Shown one piece after another: positions 1 through 8,748 of a stretch of 54,293 nt of DNA. The stretch is from the IMG/VR virus record IMGVR_UViG_3300009164_000100, positions 1 through 54,293 of that record. One strand, given 5' to 3'. The notes under the pieces were generated by a model. That model had not been told where the DNA came from. It ran no database searches and was given only the letters and a program-made list of their open reading frames with translations. How positions within the stretch are numbered: the first letter of the stretch is position 1; each line of letters opens with the position of its first letter. Position numbers and translations under genes: made by a program. This DNA comes from a virus (taxonomy: Duplodnaviria > Caudoviricetes).

Positions 1-3000
1 CAGTTTCTTGCGTTCCGCATCGGTCAGGTTCTTTGTGATTACATGGTGCGCGTCCATCGCCGCTTGAACCCCATCTTCCAATTCTTCGTAGAACACACCT
101 AATCGGTCTGTTATTTGAGTTTCGCTCAAGGTGCTATCCACGCCCATACCCATCATAATCCCTTCTGCTGTGTCCATCTCCTTCGCAAAGCCCTGTGCAA
201 CACCCGCAAGCAGCCGTTGTGCGCCCCGCTCACTGAAATCATGGCCTTCCTTTCCATACTGTTCGGTCGCTGCATTCAACTTGTCGTGTAGCAACTTCAA
301 CTGCGCCCCGGTCAACTCGTCAACATTCACACCCATCTTGGATAGCATAGGTTTGGTGCTTTTCTCGTAATACTCCGCGTATTGCCCGGCGTTCTTCTTC
401 TGCTGTTCCAACAACTCCGCTGCCGATGCGTTCTGCACCTTTGCAGCCGCCTTTGCAGCCTCCTTTGCGGCCTTCGCAGCCAACTCTTCTGAAGTCGGCG
501 TTACAGACGCAATCGCTCCGTCAATCTTCGCAGTCATGCCGTCAATGCCTTTGACGATGCCTCCGCCAACGCTGTCGGGCAGCATACTTGCCAACCACCT
601 AATCTCGCCAAGCCTCATCTTTAGAAACTCACCGAACAGCGTAGCGACACTCAATAGTGCCTTCTTTAGAACACCAAAAATAACTGAACCCAAAGTTCCA
701 CCAATAACTACTACCGCAGCAATTATTCCATCAACGAGGGCCAAACCAATGCCGCCAATGATTTCCAAGATGAAACCAAGCCCGGACCCAATAGCCTTCA
801 CCATGCCCCAAAGACCATTCAGAATGTCTGAAGCAAGAGCACCCCAATCTATTGACTCCGATGCCGTAGAGAAGTTTTCACTACTGAAGATACCCCCGAC
901 GAAGTTCAATGCTGCTTCCGTCAAGTCTAGGTTCTCCATAGCCTCAACAAAGGTTGCACCTAGATTTAGCAGCCATTCCATGCTGTCGCTCACCTTTTGG
1001 CTAAACCCTTCGCCGTCCAACCATTCGAGATTGAAGAAAGACATTGTTGATGCCAACGCATCTCCAACCGAAGCACCAATCCCGTTGGCCTGATCGTACA
1101 ACTCGTTGCCAAACCCTTCGGTTGACATAACCAAGTCGTCCATCCAAGAAGTAGCAGCCTTCTTTGTTTCGGGAGAAGCGTAGGCCGCTCCAACCCCGGC
1201 TACTACCGACCCTACGGCAAGCAAGACAAGACTGCCTCCAATCGCCGTAGCCGCCGCGCCCGTTGCGCCCAACGCTACGCCAATGCCTTGAAGCATACCT
1301 GTCCCTGCCGCCATGCCTGTCGCATACCAACTCGTCGCTGCAAACGCCGTTTCTGCCGTTGCAACCGCAGCAGTTGTTTCTGCCGCAAGTGCCGATGCCG
1401 CAACCGTCGATGCTTGAGCCCCGGCAACCGCAGACGCAGTTGTTGCCGATGCGGTCATTTTAGCGGCTTCTAAGACTAATTCTCTAGCCGTATCCGCTTC
1501 TGACTTTGCAAACTTCAACGCCTTTAGCGCACCTTCATCTCGGCCACCCATAACCGCTTCCTTTACTGCACCACCTACCTTGCCGAATCCCTGCTTTGCA
1601 TAACCAACGCCCTTCTTGCCTACCGTTGTGTCGGCAACGCTGTTGATCATGGCTGCAATCTTGGGAAGTGCGCCCGCAACGAGCGCAACCCCAAGCGGGA
1701 TCGTTATGTATTTCTTGATTTCGGGATCTTCCCACATACCTTGCAGCAAGGTGCCAATCGTCTCTTTGACCGTCTCCCACGCAGTCGTGAAGAAGTTTCC
1801 GAGCGCAATACCAAACTTCGTGGCTCCGCTGTCGTCCACCCCGGCAGTCAACCCTTCACCGCTAAAGAACGCTTTGACGCTCATAGCAACGCCGTGCAGG
1901 AACTCTAGGATCTTGTTGGCGAACCCTTCTCCGTCAAACGCCATAAGCGAGACGGTCAGTTTGTTGATGAACCCCGCTGCCATACCAAGCATTTTGTCTA
2001 TCGCATCCTTCACCTTCTGCGGCAACGCCTCCCAAATCGCAATGAAAGCGATTAGAACGAGGAAGATTGTGGCAGGCCAACCGATGATTGATGCACCAAG
2101 GGCTATCGTTGACAGAACAAGTTGACCCAACGCTTTTGTGAGGCTAGCAAGCGGGCTCAAGATGCCCGTAATAGCGTCCTTCGCTACCGAGAACAGTTTT
2201 AGCACGCCTATGAGCGCACCGAGCGCACCCGCGAGAGCAATCGCCACAGGAACGAATGTATCCTTCAGCGTCTTTAGGATTGTAAACTTTTCGTAGAGGC
2301 TCGCTGCCTTCTTCTGCGCCGCTGCCATTGCCCCTGCGGTGTCGTTCACGCCCTTGTGCAAGTCAAGGAACACGCCTGCCAAGCCAAGTTGTTGCACAGC
2401 CTTCAGTCGCCCGACCAACCCACCTTCCCCGGCTGCTTCACCGACCTTCTTGATCTGCGCCGTCAACGCCTTACCCTCTTGGCGCATCGGGAGCAGGAAT
2501 CCGCTCACGCCAACGCGAGACGCAAGCGCAAACCGCTTCGTTAGCGGCCCCCAAGTCTCATTGGAGGCCAAGTTTTTGACCGCATCTGCTGCACCTTGAT
2601 AGCCCTTGACCTGTTCGGCTGCAAACTGACCCGTGCCTCCGCCAATCGCTCCTAGCGTACTGTCAAACGCATCTTTCGCACGCGACACACCATCTGCGAC
2701 AGTTAGCCCGGAAGCGTATGCCGCCTTGCCAAACTTCTCGAACGCTCCCTTCGCCTTGTCGGTTGCTTCCTCAATCCCGGTCATGTTGGTCTTGAACTCG
2801 TCTGCCTTCTCTTTGGTCAGCAGACCGACCTGCATCTGTGGTGCTAAATCAGCAAACTGCGTGTTCAACCGGGCAAGCGCAGGCTCTCCGTCTTTGCCCA
2901 TTGCAATAAACCGCGCACGGAGCAGCAACAGCACCTTCATGGCTTCGTCGGGAGACTTGCCGATAAACGCATCGGCAACACCAATCCCGGCCTCCTGCGC

Positions 3001-3903
3001 TACTGACTTGAACACTCCGCCAAAATCGCCGCCCAACCCCGCGAGCATACTTTTGATAGCGTTCTGTTCTTCGTTCAGTTTCTTGGCAAATGTTACTGCC
3101 GCTGTCTGCGCCTCTCCCGCGTCACCGCCAAAGGTCTTGTAGATCGTGCCTGCCAACTTCTGCGTGCCAATAACTTGATCTTCAACATACTTTCGCTGCT
3201 CGGCAGCCTTCATGCTAATAAAGTCCGAATTCTTTTGCATCGAGGCTTTGAGGTCATCGAGGGTGGTTTTCATGGTGCCGAAGGCTACCTGACCCAATCC
3301 CCCGGCAAGTGACGAAGCCGTAAACTTGTCCAAGAACGAACCCGCTTCCTCGCCCGTGAAGCCGAACGAACCCGCAAGTCCGTTCAAGTTCTTCATCAAA
3401 TCTTCAGAGGTGATCCCCGTGGCCTCTTCTGCTCGGAGGAAGTCCTTGAGATCAAGGCCACTCTTGTTCAGCCCCTTGCGGAAGTCTCCCGACAACCGAC
3501 TGTATTCCTTCTGCGCTTTCGCAACTTGGTCAATGCCAAGGTTCATGCCGTAGGCGAGCGAAGATGTAGACGCAGTAAACTTGTTGAGGTCTTTACCCAT
3601 CAACCCGGCCTGTGCGCCAATCACGCGAGCAGCCTTCTTGCTCGCTATCATCGTGCTTTCAAGGCCGTTGACTAGGTTGACGCTACCGCCAACCATCTTG
3701 TCCATGCCGTCAGAGATGTGAGACAGCGCAGCGGTGTTGAAGCCGCTGAACATAGCACCAAGCGTAACATTCTTGGCAATGCCTCCAAGTTTCGAGACTT
3801 GGCTCGAAATGTCAGACAGATTCTCTTGCACGGAACCAAAGGCAGACTTCAGCCCCCGATCCTGCGCCCCGAACCCGAATGTAAAGCCAAGCATTGACGG
3901 CAT
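1..3903 (-). CDS. Tape measure protein (3' end cut by window edge; missing from ORF track)
   Basis: ATG at 3901-3903 after GAGGAG RBS; reads MPSMLGFTFGFGAQDRGLKSAFGSVQENL...; frame open in the parts translated, including the codons at position 1; Ala/Gly-rich helical composition; follows the tail chaperone. Confidence 0.9.
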   Translation of the reverse strand, partial: MPSMLGFTFGFGAQDRGLKSAFGSVQENLSDISSQVSKLGGIAKNVTLGAMFSGFNTAALSHISDGMDKMVGGSVNLVNGLESTMIASKKAARVIGAQAGLMGKDLNKFTASTSSLAYGMNLGIDQVAKAQKEYSRLSGDFRKGLNKSGLDLKDFLRAEEATGITSEDLMKNLNGLAGSFGFTGEEAGSFLDKFTASSLAGGLGQVAFGTMKTTLDDLKASMQKNSDFISMKAAEQRKYVEDQVIGTQKLAGTIYKTFGGDAGEAQTAAVTFAKKLNEEQNAIKSMLAGLGGDFGGVFKSVAQEAGIGVADAFIGKSPDEAMKVLLLLRARFIAMGKDGEPALARLNTQFADLAPQMQVGLLTKEKADEFKTNMTGIEEATDKAKGAFEKFGKAAYASGLTVADGVSRAKDAFDSTLGAIGGGTGQFAAEQVKGYQGAADAVKNLASNETWGPLTKRFALASRVGVSGFLLPMRQEGKALTAQIKKVGEAAGEGGLVGRLKAVQQLGLAGVFLDLHKGVNDTAGAMAAAQKKAASLYEKFTILKTLKDTFVPVAIALAGALGALIGVLKLFSVAKDAITGILSPLASLTKALGQLVLSTIALGASIIGWPATIFLVLIAFIAIWEALPQKVKDAIDKMLGMAAGFINKLTVSLMAFDGEGFANKILEFLHGVAMSVKAFFSGEGLTAGVDDSGATKFGIALGNFFTTAWETVKETIGTLLQGMWEDPEIKKYITIPLGVALVAGALPKIAAMINSVADTTVGKKGVGYAKQGFGKVGGAVKEAVMGGRDEGALKALKFAKSEADTARELVLEAAKMTASATTASAVAGAQASTVAASALAAETTAAVATAETAFAATSWYATGMAAGTGMLQGIGVALGATGAAATAIGGSLVLLAVGSVVAGVGAAYASPETKKAATSWMDDLVMSTEGFGNELYDQANGIGASVGDALASTMSFFNLEWLDGEGFSQKVSDSMEWLLNLGATFVEAMENLDLTEAALNFVGGIFSSENFSTASESIDWGALASDILNGLWGMVKAIGSGLGFILEIIGGIGLALVDGIIAAVVVIGGTLGSVIFGVLKKALLSVATLFGEFLKMRLGEIRWLASMLPDSVGGGIVKGIDGMTAKIDGAIASVTPTSEELAAKAAKEAAKAAAKVQNASAAELLEQQKKNAGQYAEYYEKSTKPMLSKMGVNVDELTGAQLKLLHDKLNAATEQYGKEGHDFSERGAQRLLAGVAQGFAKEMDTAEGIMMGMGVDSTLSETQITDRLGVFYEELEDGVQAAMDAHHVITKNLTDAERKKL

Positions 3904-3906
3904 AAA

Positions 3907-4113
3907 CTATCTCCTCGACCGTTTCGATCTCGCTTGCGAAACTGCCCGTTCGTTCTCTGCCTGCCGCTTTCGCTCCAACTCGTCCTTCTTCTCAACCAAC
4001 CGCTTCCGGCGTGAGTAGGGTATTTCCATAACCTGTTGTGGTGCAATGTGCCACAACTCACACAGATAAAAGACCTCGCCTTCTAACGCTTCGACTGCCC
4101 CTGCGGGAAGAAA
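3907..4113 (-). CDS. -1 frameshift extension of tail assembly chaperone (gpT / T4 gp51-like segment)
   Basis: -1 frame after the slippery site reads FLPAGAVEALEGEVFYLCELWHIAPQQVMEIPYSRRKRLVEKKDELERKRQAENERAVSQARSKRSRR*; stop lies 3 nt before the TMP ATG. Confidence 0.75.
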   Translation of the reverse strand, partial: FLPAGAVEALEGEVFYLCELWHIAPQQVMEIPYSRRKRLVEKKDELERKRQAENERAVSQARSKRSRR

Positions 4114-4868
4114 AAACCCGGCTGTGCCACGTCAAGGTCGCCTCGGAAGTCTGCTGCACAAGCAGGGCAAGTGTATTCAACATTGGTGTCGATAAAGCCT
4201 TCCGTTTCCACGAACAGATTGCGCAACTCATTGCGCTCACGGCTCCGAAGCCCCTTCAACAAAGTCATAGCAGAAGGAAGGCTCGTCATTCGGTTCAACA
4301 CCGTGTCGCCAATCGCATCTACACGCGAAAGCAACGCAAGCGTGAGCAGGTCATTGTCAGTCTGTGGACGCTTCCGAAGGTTCTGAAGCCAATCCTCGTC
4401 CTGCCCGACCATGATGTGCCATTGCACCACAAGACCCGTCGAAAGGGTCGTCGTGATTCTGCGCTTCATCGGGTCTGCTACGCGGCGCGTCTCAAGGTCG
4501 GCAAGGCTGATCGTAATGCTGCTCTCTTTGCTGCAAGACGGACACTTGATCTTCGTGTCGTAGTCGTCGCCAAGAGAAGCCCGGCGGATAGCAACGAGCA
4601 ACAGCATACGGTCAGTCGCCGTCAAGCCGTCAACCGCACGCGAGATCACACCCTTGTCCGTTGCTTCGCCAATACTTTCAAGGCAGTTTGTGATCACTCG
4701 GTTCAGACGCGGCAAAACAGGCCCCTTGCCCGCAAGCAAGTCCTCTTCCACGCCTGTCATCTCCCGGACCACGAACGATTGGTGCAATTGATTGCGTTCG
4801 TCCAACCATCCACAGGTCAACTCGCCCGACACCACTCCGCTTCTCGGCTCAACGATTTCCATGTTCAT
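4083..4868 (-). CDS. Tail assembly chaperone / T4 gp26-like baseplate hub assembly protein
   Basis: VREMTGVEEDLL, DRMLLLVAIRRASLG, two CxxC motifs (CPSC, CPAC), ends PGFFFP; upstream of TMP; start chosen at MNMEIV after GGAGG. Confidence 0.8.
   Translation of the reverse strand: MNMEIVEPRSGVVSGELTCGWLDERNQLHQSFVVREMTGVEEDLLAGKGPVLPRLNRVITNCLESIGEATDKGVISRAVDGLTATDRMLLLVAIRRASLGDDYDTKIKCPSCSKESSITISLADLETRRVADPMKRRITTTLSTGLVVQWHIMVGQDEDWLQNLRKRPQTDNDLLTLALLSRVDAIGDTVLNRMTSLPSAMTLLKGLRSRERNELRNLFVETEGFIDTNVEYTCPACAADFRGDLDVAQPGFFFPQGQSKR
4110..4119 (-). other. Slippery sequence G GGT TTT TTC (candidate -1 frameshift site)
   Basis: Two overlapping X XXY YYZ heptamers (GGGTTTT, TTTTTTC) in the correct phase near the chaperone 3' end. 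Confidence 0.75.
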
Positions 4869-5013
4869 TCCGACCTCCATTCGCCTGACGGCGGTTCGAT
4901 AAGTAGTCCACGATCAACTGCCGCATAATGTCGGACACAGGGCGACCTTGCGCCTCAGCCTCACGCCGAAGTTCGTCTGCAACCTCTCGCTTTAGGTCGA
5001 AGTTTACGCGCAC
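4849..5013 (-). CDS. Ribbon-helix-helix (CopG/Arc-like) DNA-binding protein, 54 aa (not in ORF track)
   Basis: GGAGG RBS plus GTG; MRVNFDLKREVADELRREAEAQGRPVSDIMRQLIVDYL fits the RHH pattern (alternating beta strand, helix, GxxxS, helix). Confidence 0.8.
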   Translation of the reverse strand: MRVNFDLKREVADELRREAEAQGRPVSDIMRQLIVDYLSNRRQANGGRNEHGNR

Positions 5014-5023
5014 ACCTGCCTCC

Positions 5024-5042
5024 GTGAGTAGGACTTACTCAC
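5024..5042. promoter_or_regulatory. Inverted repeat GTGAGTA-N5-TACTCAC, candidate operator of the RHH gene
   Basis: Perfect 7-bp arms directly upstream of the RHH RBS; TTGACT at 5050-5055. Confidence 0.5.
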
Positions 5043-5081
5043 ACCGGGCAGTCAATGCAAGCGAATGTCGCCACGTCCTAC

Positions 5082-5510
5082 CTACTTGGCAACAGCCGCC
5101 AACCACCCATCGTTGGCATACCCTCTAGCAGCCCCAATGTCGTCGCAGATCGCGTGGAAACAGTAGGCGAACGACTCTTGGTAGTCGTCCTGCAAGGCCC
5201 GATTCTGACCGAGGCTAGGGTCGGCCATCACAGCCGCGTACTCGGCCTCACCGAGGCCTACAATGTGGGTGATAAGGTCGTCGAAGGAATCCCCGCCAAG
5301 GCAATCCACAACATCGTCTAGCCGCTCGTAGAGCGCGTTCACTTTGCCCCGGAAGGCCGCCTCTAGAGAGATCTTGATCTCGATAGCCTGCTGCGGCTCA
5401 TAGGCCGCGTCAATCCGCGCCTTCAGGTCTAGCCCGATGCGCTTGTAGTCGTGGCCGTTGCGCATCCACCCCATGTCGTCAACCGCCTTCCAAAAGTCTT
5501 GATCGTTCAT
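5082..5510 (-). CDS. Hypothetical protein (DUF4240-like N-terminus)
   Basis: MNDQDFWKAVD start after GGAGG; own promoter upstream. Confidence 0.6.
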   Translation of the reverse strand: MNDQDFWKAVDDMGWMRNGHDYKRIGLDLKARIDAAYEPQQAIEIKISLEAAFRGKVNALYERLDDVVDCLGGDSFDDLITHIVGLGEAEYAAVMADPSLGQNRALQDDYQESFAYCFHAICDDIGAARGYANDGWLAAVAK

Positions 5511-5556
5511 CTCATCCTCCAACTTTCGCAACGCCTATCGCTGCGACTATGTGAAG

Positions 5557-5584
5557 ATACTAGCAGGACTTCCTGCCCTGTCAA
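5557..5584 (-). promoter_or_regulatory. sigma70-like promoter
   Basis: TTGACA-N16-TAGTAT with TGn extended -10; spacer holds GCAGGA/TCCTGC inverted repeat. Confidence 0.7.
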
Positions 5585-5636
5585 GGACTTTTGTTCACCC
5601 CGCCCGTGCAATCGGTTGCACCAAAGGGCCGGGAGG

Positions 5637-5849
5637 CTACTTGTCCCGCTTCTTCAGCATCTCTTTCCAACGCTCGTTCGGAGACAGCGCGTTGTATCTG
5701 CCGTTGTCCTCAGCCTCCGCAATCGCTTCACGCAGGTCGGCAATCAGCATCTTGGCCTCTGCAACCGTGAGGTTGCCGCCCGTGTTCGCAGGCAGCGTTA
5801 CCGCAATAGGCCGCTTCTCGTTGTCGTCGTTTGCGTATGCGTATGCCAT
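5637..5849 (-). CDS. Hypothetical protein, 70 aa
   Basis: ORF fills the gap between two promoters; no clear RBS, possibly near-leaderless. Confidence 0.55.
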   Translation of the reverse strand: MAYAYANDDNEKRPIAVTLPANTGGNLTVAEAKMLIADLREAIAEAEDNGRYNALSPNERWKEMLKKRDK

Positions 5850-5858
5850 GTTGCTGTC

Positions 5859-5887
5859 GTTATGGCAGGTCTATCCCTGCCTGTAAA
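5859..5887 (-). promoter_or_regulatory. sigma70-like promoter
   Basis: TTTACA-N17-CATAAC, spacer GCAGG...CCTGC. Confidence 0.45.
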
Positions 5888-5890
5888 GTA

Positions 5891-6184
5891 TTATTCGCAG
5901 CGACCGCAAGCGCAGCCTGCCGATTCATCCACCCACCACTCGGCCCCACAAGCGGGTTCCCAATAACTGCCGGGGGATCCTTCCTCGACCGCTACGCCGA
6001 CCGCGTAGAACCAACCCTCCGCGTCACGGACGATCAGACGATGTTCGTGGTTCCAAGTCGGCCCGAAACAGATCGGTTCAACGCAGCCCAACCCCGCACA
6101 CTCATCTACGAAGTGGAAGAAGTCTGCCCACGGATCTCCGTCCGAAACATAGTCTCCAATCTCTTCGATCCAAACCTGTGCCAT
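5891..6184 (-). CDS. Hypothetical acidic, Cys/Trp-rich protein
   Basis: AAGGAGG RBS before MAQVWIEE; C-terminal CACGRC. Confidence 0.6.
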   Translation of the reverse strand: MAQVWIEEIGDYVSDGDPWADFFHFVDECAGLGCVEPICFGPTWNHEHRLIVRDAEGWFYAVGVAVEEGSPGSYWEPACGAEWWVDESAGCACGRCE

Positions 6185-6229
6185 AGCAACCTCCTTCGGA
6201 ACACCCGCTGTTCCTTTCAATGAAGATCT

Positions 6230-6257
6230 GTTCTAGCAGATTCACAAAGCGTGTCAA
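6230..6257 (-). promoter_or_regulatory. sigma70-like promoter
   Basis: TTGACA-N16-TAGAAC with TGC before -10. Confidence 0.6.
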
Positions 6258-6282
6258 GTACCCCCACGATCTTTCGTCTAAG

Positions 6283-6366
6283 TGCCGAAGGCGGGAATCG
6301 AACCCGCACGCCCTTTCAGGCAACGGATTTTGAGTCCGTCGCGTCTGCCTATTCCACCACTTCGGC
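6283..6366 (-). tRNA. tRNA-Leu(CAA), CCA not encoded
   Basis: GCCGAAG acceptor stem, TGGTGGAATAGGCAGAC D arm, ACGGA-CTCAAAA-TCCGT anticodon arm, long variable arm, GGTTCGATTCC T arm. Confidence 0.95.
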
Positions 6367-6368
6367 TT

Positions 6369-6683
6369 CTAATGCTTGCTTGCCTTTCGCTCGTCGGCCA
6401 TTCTGCCCGTGTGAGGATCGTAGTTTTTCCACGGCTCCAACCTCGACAGGTCCACAGTTGCTTCCCATTCCGTCAACACCGGGAGCGGCGACCCGGCCAT
6501 AAACGGAGACAGCCACCGACCTTGCACCACAATCAAACGCCGCATTGCGATTGCCTCGGCGCAATACTTCTTTGGTTGCCGCTTCATCCCTTCGCGCTCC
6601 AACTTGGACGGCGAACGTTGCAAATGGTGCATCGGGGTCGTCTTTGTGCTGACCCGCTTCTTAGGCTCGTTATTCTTCATCAA
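6369..6683 (-). CDS. Hypothetical basic protein
   Basis: ORF fills the gap between thyX and the tRNA, overlapping the thyX end. Confidence 0.45.
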   Translation of the reverse strand: MMKNNEPKKRVSTKTTPMHHLQRSPSKLEREGMKRQPKKYCAEAIAMRRLIVVQGRWLSPFMAGSPLPVLTEWEATVDLSRLEPWKNYDPHTGRMADERKASKH

Positions 6684-7548
6684 TGTCTACACCCAACATC
6701 TCCGCGAACTCTCGAACCTCGCGCCGGCCTGCGTCCATTGACTTGAACACATCGACCATAGCCTTGCGGTCGGATTGGCTTATGGTGCGAAGAACCGCCG
6801 TCCACATACCGCTAGACAAGCCCGGAGCCTCCACCCAATAGTCTTGGTAGGCTTCCATTGTGTGCGGCGCGAGAGCGGTCAGCACCGAGCCAATCGCCAC
6901 CCCGTAGAGCGCGATCTCGACCTGCGCGTGCTTGTGCGTCCGAAGATGCAGGAACTTGAGCAGGTTCAGAAGGTCTACCTTCCAATAGAACTCTGTGTAG
7001 GTCGCCACGGGCAAGATCGTCCGGGCCAACTCACGCGCCAAGTCCTTGCCGAGCAAGTGGTGGTACTCCGCGTGCGTCTGCGCCATGTTGGAGCGCATAG
7101 CGAACAGAATGTCGTTCGCCTCTGCGCAATCGAATGCACCATCACGGCCTTGGTTGTTCAGCAGCGATTGGTGTTGAACATAGTGATCCTCGGCCACATA
7201 GAACTCCTCCGAGAGAACCGAGTAGCGAGCCGACACCTCGTTGAACGAACCCGTCCGATGCCGCACCCACTGACGCGCCACGAAGATAGGACACTTCACA
7301 TGGAAGGTGAACTCCGCCATCTCAAACGGAGTAGTGTGCCGATGCCGCATAAGGTAGCGGATCAGATTGCGGTCGTCGCTGACCGTCTTGGTGCCTTTGC
7401 CGTAGGAAACGCGAGCAGCCCGGACAATCGCGTTGTCCACAGTCTCGCCTTCCGCAACATTGCGGGGCATACAGTCAACGAACCGAATGAACCCCTTGTC
7501 CAACACAGGCATAGAGTGCGTCCACCCTTCAAGCAAGTCAACAGCCAT
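6670..7548 (-). CDS. thyX: FAD-dependent thymidylate synthase
   Basis: AARVSYG, RHRHTTPFE, RQWVRHRTGSFNEVSARY signature, RELARTILP, HAQVEI. Confidence 0.97.
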   Translation of the reverse strand: MAVDLLEGWTHSMPVLDKGFIRFVDCMPRNVAEGETVDNAIVRAARVSYGKGTKTVSDDRNLIRYLMRHRHTTPFEMAEFTFHVKCPIFVARQWVRHRTGSFNEVSARYSVLSEEFYVAEDHYVQHQSLLNNQGRDGAFDCAEANDILFAMRSNMAQTHAEYHHLLGKDLARELARTILPVATYTEFYWKVDLLNLLKFLHLRTHKHAQVEIALYGVAIGSVLTALAPHTMEAYQDYWVEAPGLSSGMWTAVLRTISQSDRKAMVDVFKSMDAGRREVREFAEMLGVDIDEE

Positions 7549-7556
7549 GCAACCTC

Positions 7557-7718
7557 CTACTTGTCTTTATTCTTGCGGCCAAAGTCGGCCTTCCACATCA
7601 AAATAGCCGTGTAGGTGAACAGGCCCACCATGAGCAACAACATCAGAGCATCCCCCGGCACCTTCTTGCTCGGCGGAACGATCTGAACCCCTGCTAACGC
7701 ATAACAGTATGACTGCAT
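7557..7718 (-). CDS. Small membrane protein, 53 aa (not in ORF track)
   Basis: GGAGG RBS; MQSYCYALAGVQIVPPSKKVPGDALMLLLMVGLFTYTAILMWKADFGRKNKDK*; one hydrophobic segment and a basic tail. Confidence 0.55.
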   Translation of the reverse strand: MQSYCYALAGVQIVPPSKKVPGDALMLLLMVGLFTYTAILMWKADFGRKNKDK

Positions 7719-7744
7719 CACAACCTCCAAACGCAACCGATTGC

Positions 7745-7773
7745 ACCTTACAGGCAGGGATTCCGTTTGTCAA
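7745..7773 (-). promoter_or_regulatory. sigma70-like promoter abutting a copy of the dispersed palindrome
   Basis: TTGACA-N17-TAAGGT; palindrome core at 7733-7744 covers the predicted +1. Confidence 0.6.
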
Positions 7774-7797
7774 GAAGGTTGTGGCCGGGAGCCGAGA

Positions 7798-8748
7798 CTA
7801 GGACGGCATCAACTTCTCTTTCGCAATCTTCACAGCAGCAGCGTCGCCTCTGAAGTTGACCATCATCGTGCCATTGTTATCAACGCTTATGTCCAAGTCC
7901 AAAGAACCGTTGTAAGACCCGACACTTGCAACATCGAACCCGTAGTCAATGACGAACATACGATCTCCAATCATGCCCCAATTTGCAGGCTGATAGAGAT
8001 CTCCCATCACCATTTCGCCGCCTTTGCAGGCACGGATCAACTCTTCTAAGTTGGACTTCTGATCGCCGCTCAAGTTGTATTGCCTATTCCAAGATTCGAT
8101 TGCCTTGCCAAAGCCTGCGTAGTCACGCGAATAAGATGAAAACGCACGGGACAACTCTGCGCCGGGAACACCAAAGAACTTCCTCAGTTCTCCAAACCAT
8201 TCTTGTTGCCCCGAAGCCGAGTTCTTGAACGGCTTGACTTCAACCGTCTGAATCCAATTGGAATACTGTGGAGGAACAGGCTCGCCGTTGACTTCAACGG
8301 AAGAAGCACGCTTGTTTATGGTGCTGTGGTCTATGATAGGAACGAACAACCGAGACTTGGTTTTCTCCCAAGCGCGGATCTCACTTGCGTTCTGTGCAAC
8401 GCCCTGCTCGTTCAAGGCCAACTTGATAACTGTCTTGATCTGACCGCTAGGCTTGATGCCATAGTCTTTCAGCGTCTTTTTACCGTCCGAAGTAAACTCG
8501 TTGGCACTCACACTAAGCGCGATTGCGACACGCGACGAACCTTCGCCTAGCCGCTCCAATCCGTAGCGTTCCTTTTCCTTCTTATCCATCTTGTCAATCT
8601 TGCCGAACACGGGCTTTGCATTGTAGTATTCTTTGCCTGTGTTCGGGTTTATCTGCTTCTCCGGGTAGAGGACCTTCGGATCCATAAGCGGAGGAAGCGG
8701 TGCCTCGGTCAAGGCGCGGAGAGACTGAATAGACTTCTTGAAAGACAT
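7798..8748 (-). CDS. Protein kinase-like fold protein
   Basis: Gly loop LGEGSSRVA, VIKLA lysine, QNxxE helix, catalytic-loop-like GDLYQPANWG, DFG-like IDYG; start MSFKK after GAGG. Confidence 0.75.
   Translation of the reverse strand: MSFKKSIQSLRALTEAPLPPLMDPKVLYPEKQINPNTGKEYYNAKPVFGKIDKMDKKEKERYGLERLGEGSSRVAIALSVSANEFTSDGKKTLKDYGIKPSGQIKTVIKLALNEQGVAQNASEIRAWEKTKSRLFVPIIDHSTINKRASSVEVNGEPVPPQYSNWIQTVEVKPFKNSASGQQEWFGELRKFFGVPGAELSRAFSSYSRDYAGFGKAIESWNRQYNLSGDQKSNLEELIRACKGGEMVMGDLYQPANWGMIGDRMFVIDYGFDVASVGSYNGSLDLDISVDNNGTMMVNFRGDAAAVKIAKEKLMPS

Noticed and set aside
131-4928. Many plus-strand ORFs over the TMP/chaperone region
   Set aside because: Antisense shadows of the minus-strand genes; no RBS or recognisable motifs.
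5024-5042. Similarity to the SlmA site GTGAGTACTCAC
   Set aside because: The arms are separated by extra bases and there is a single copy; better explained as a local operator.
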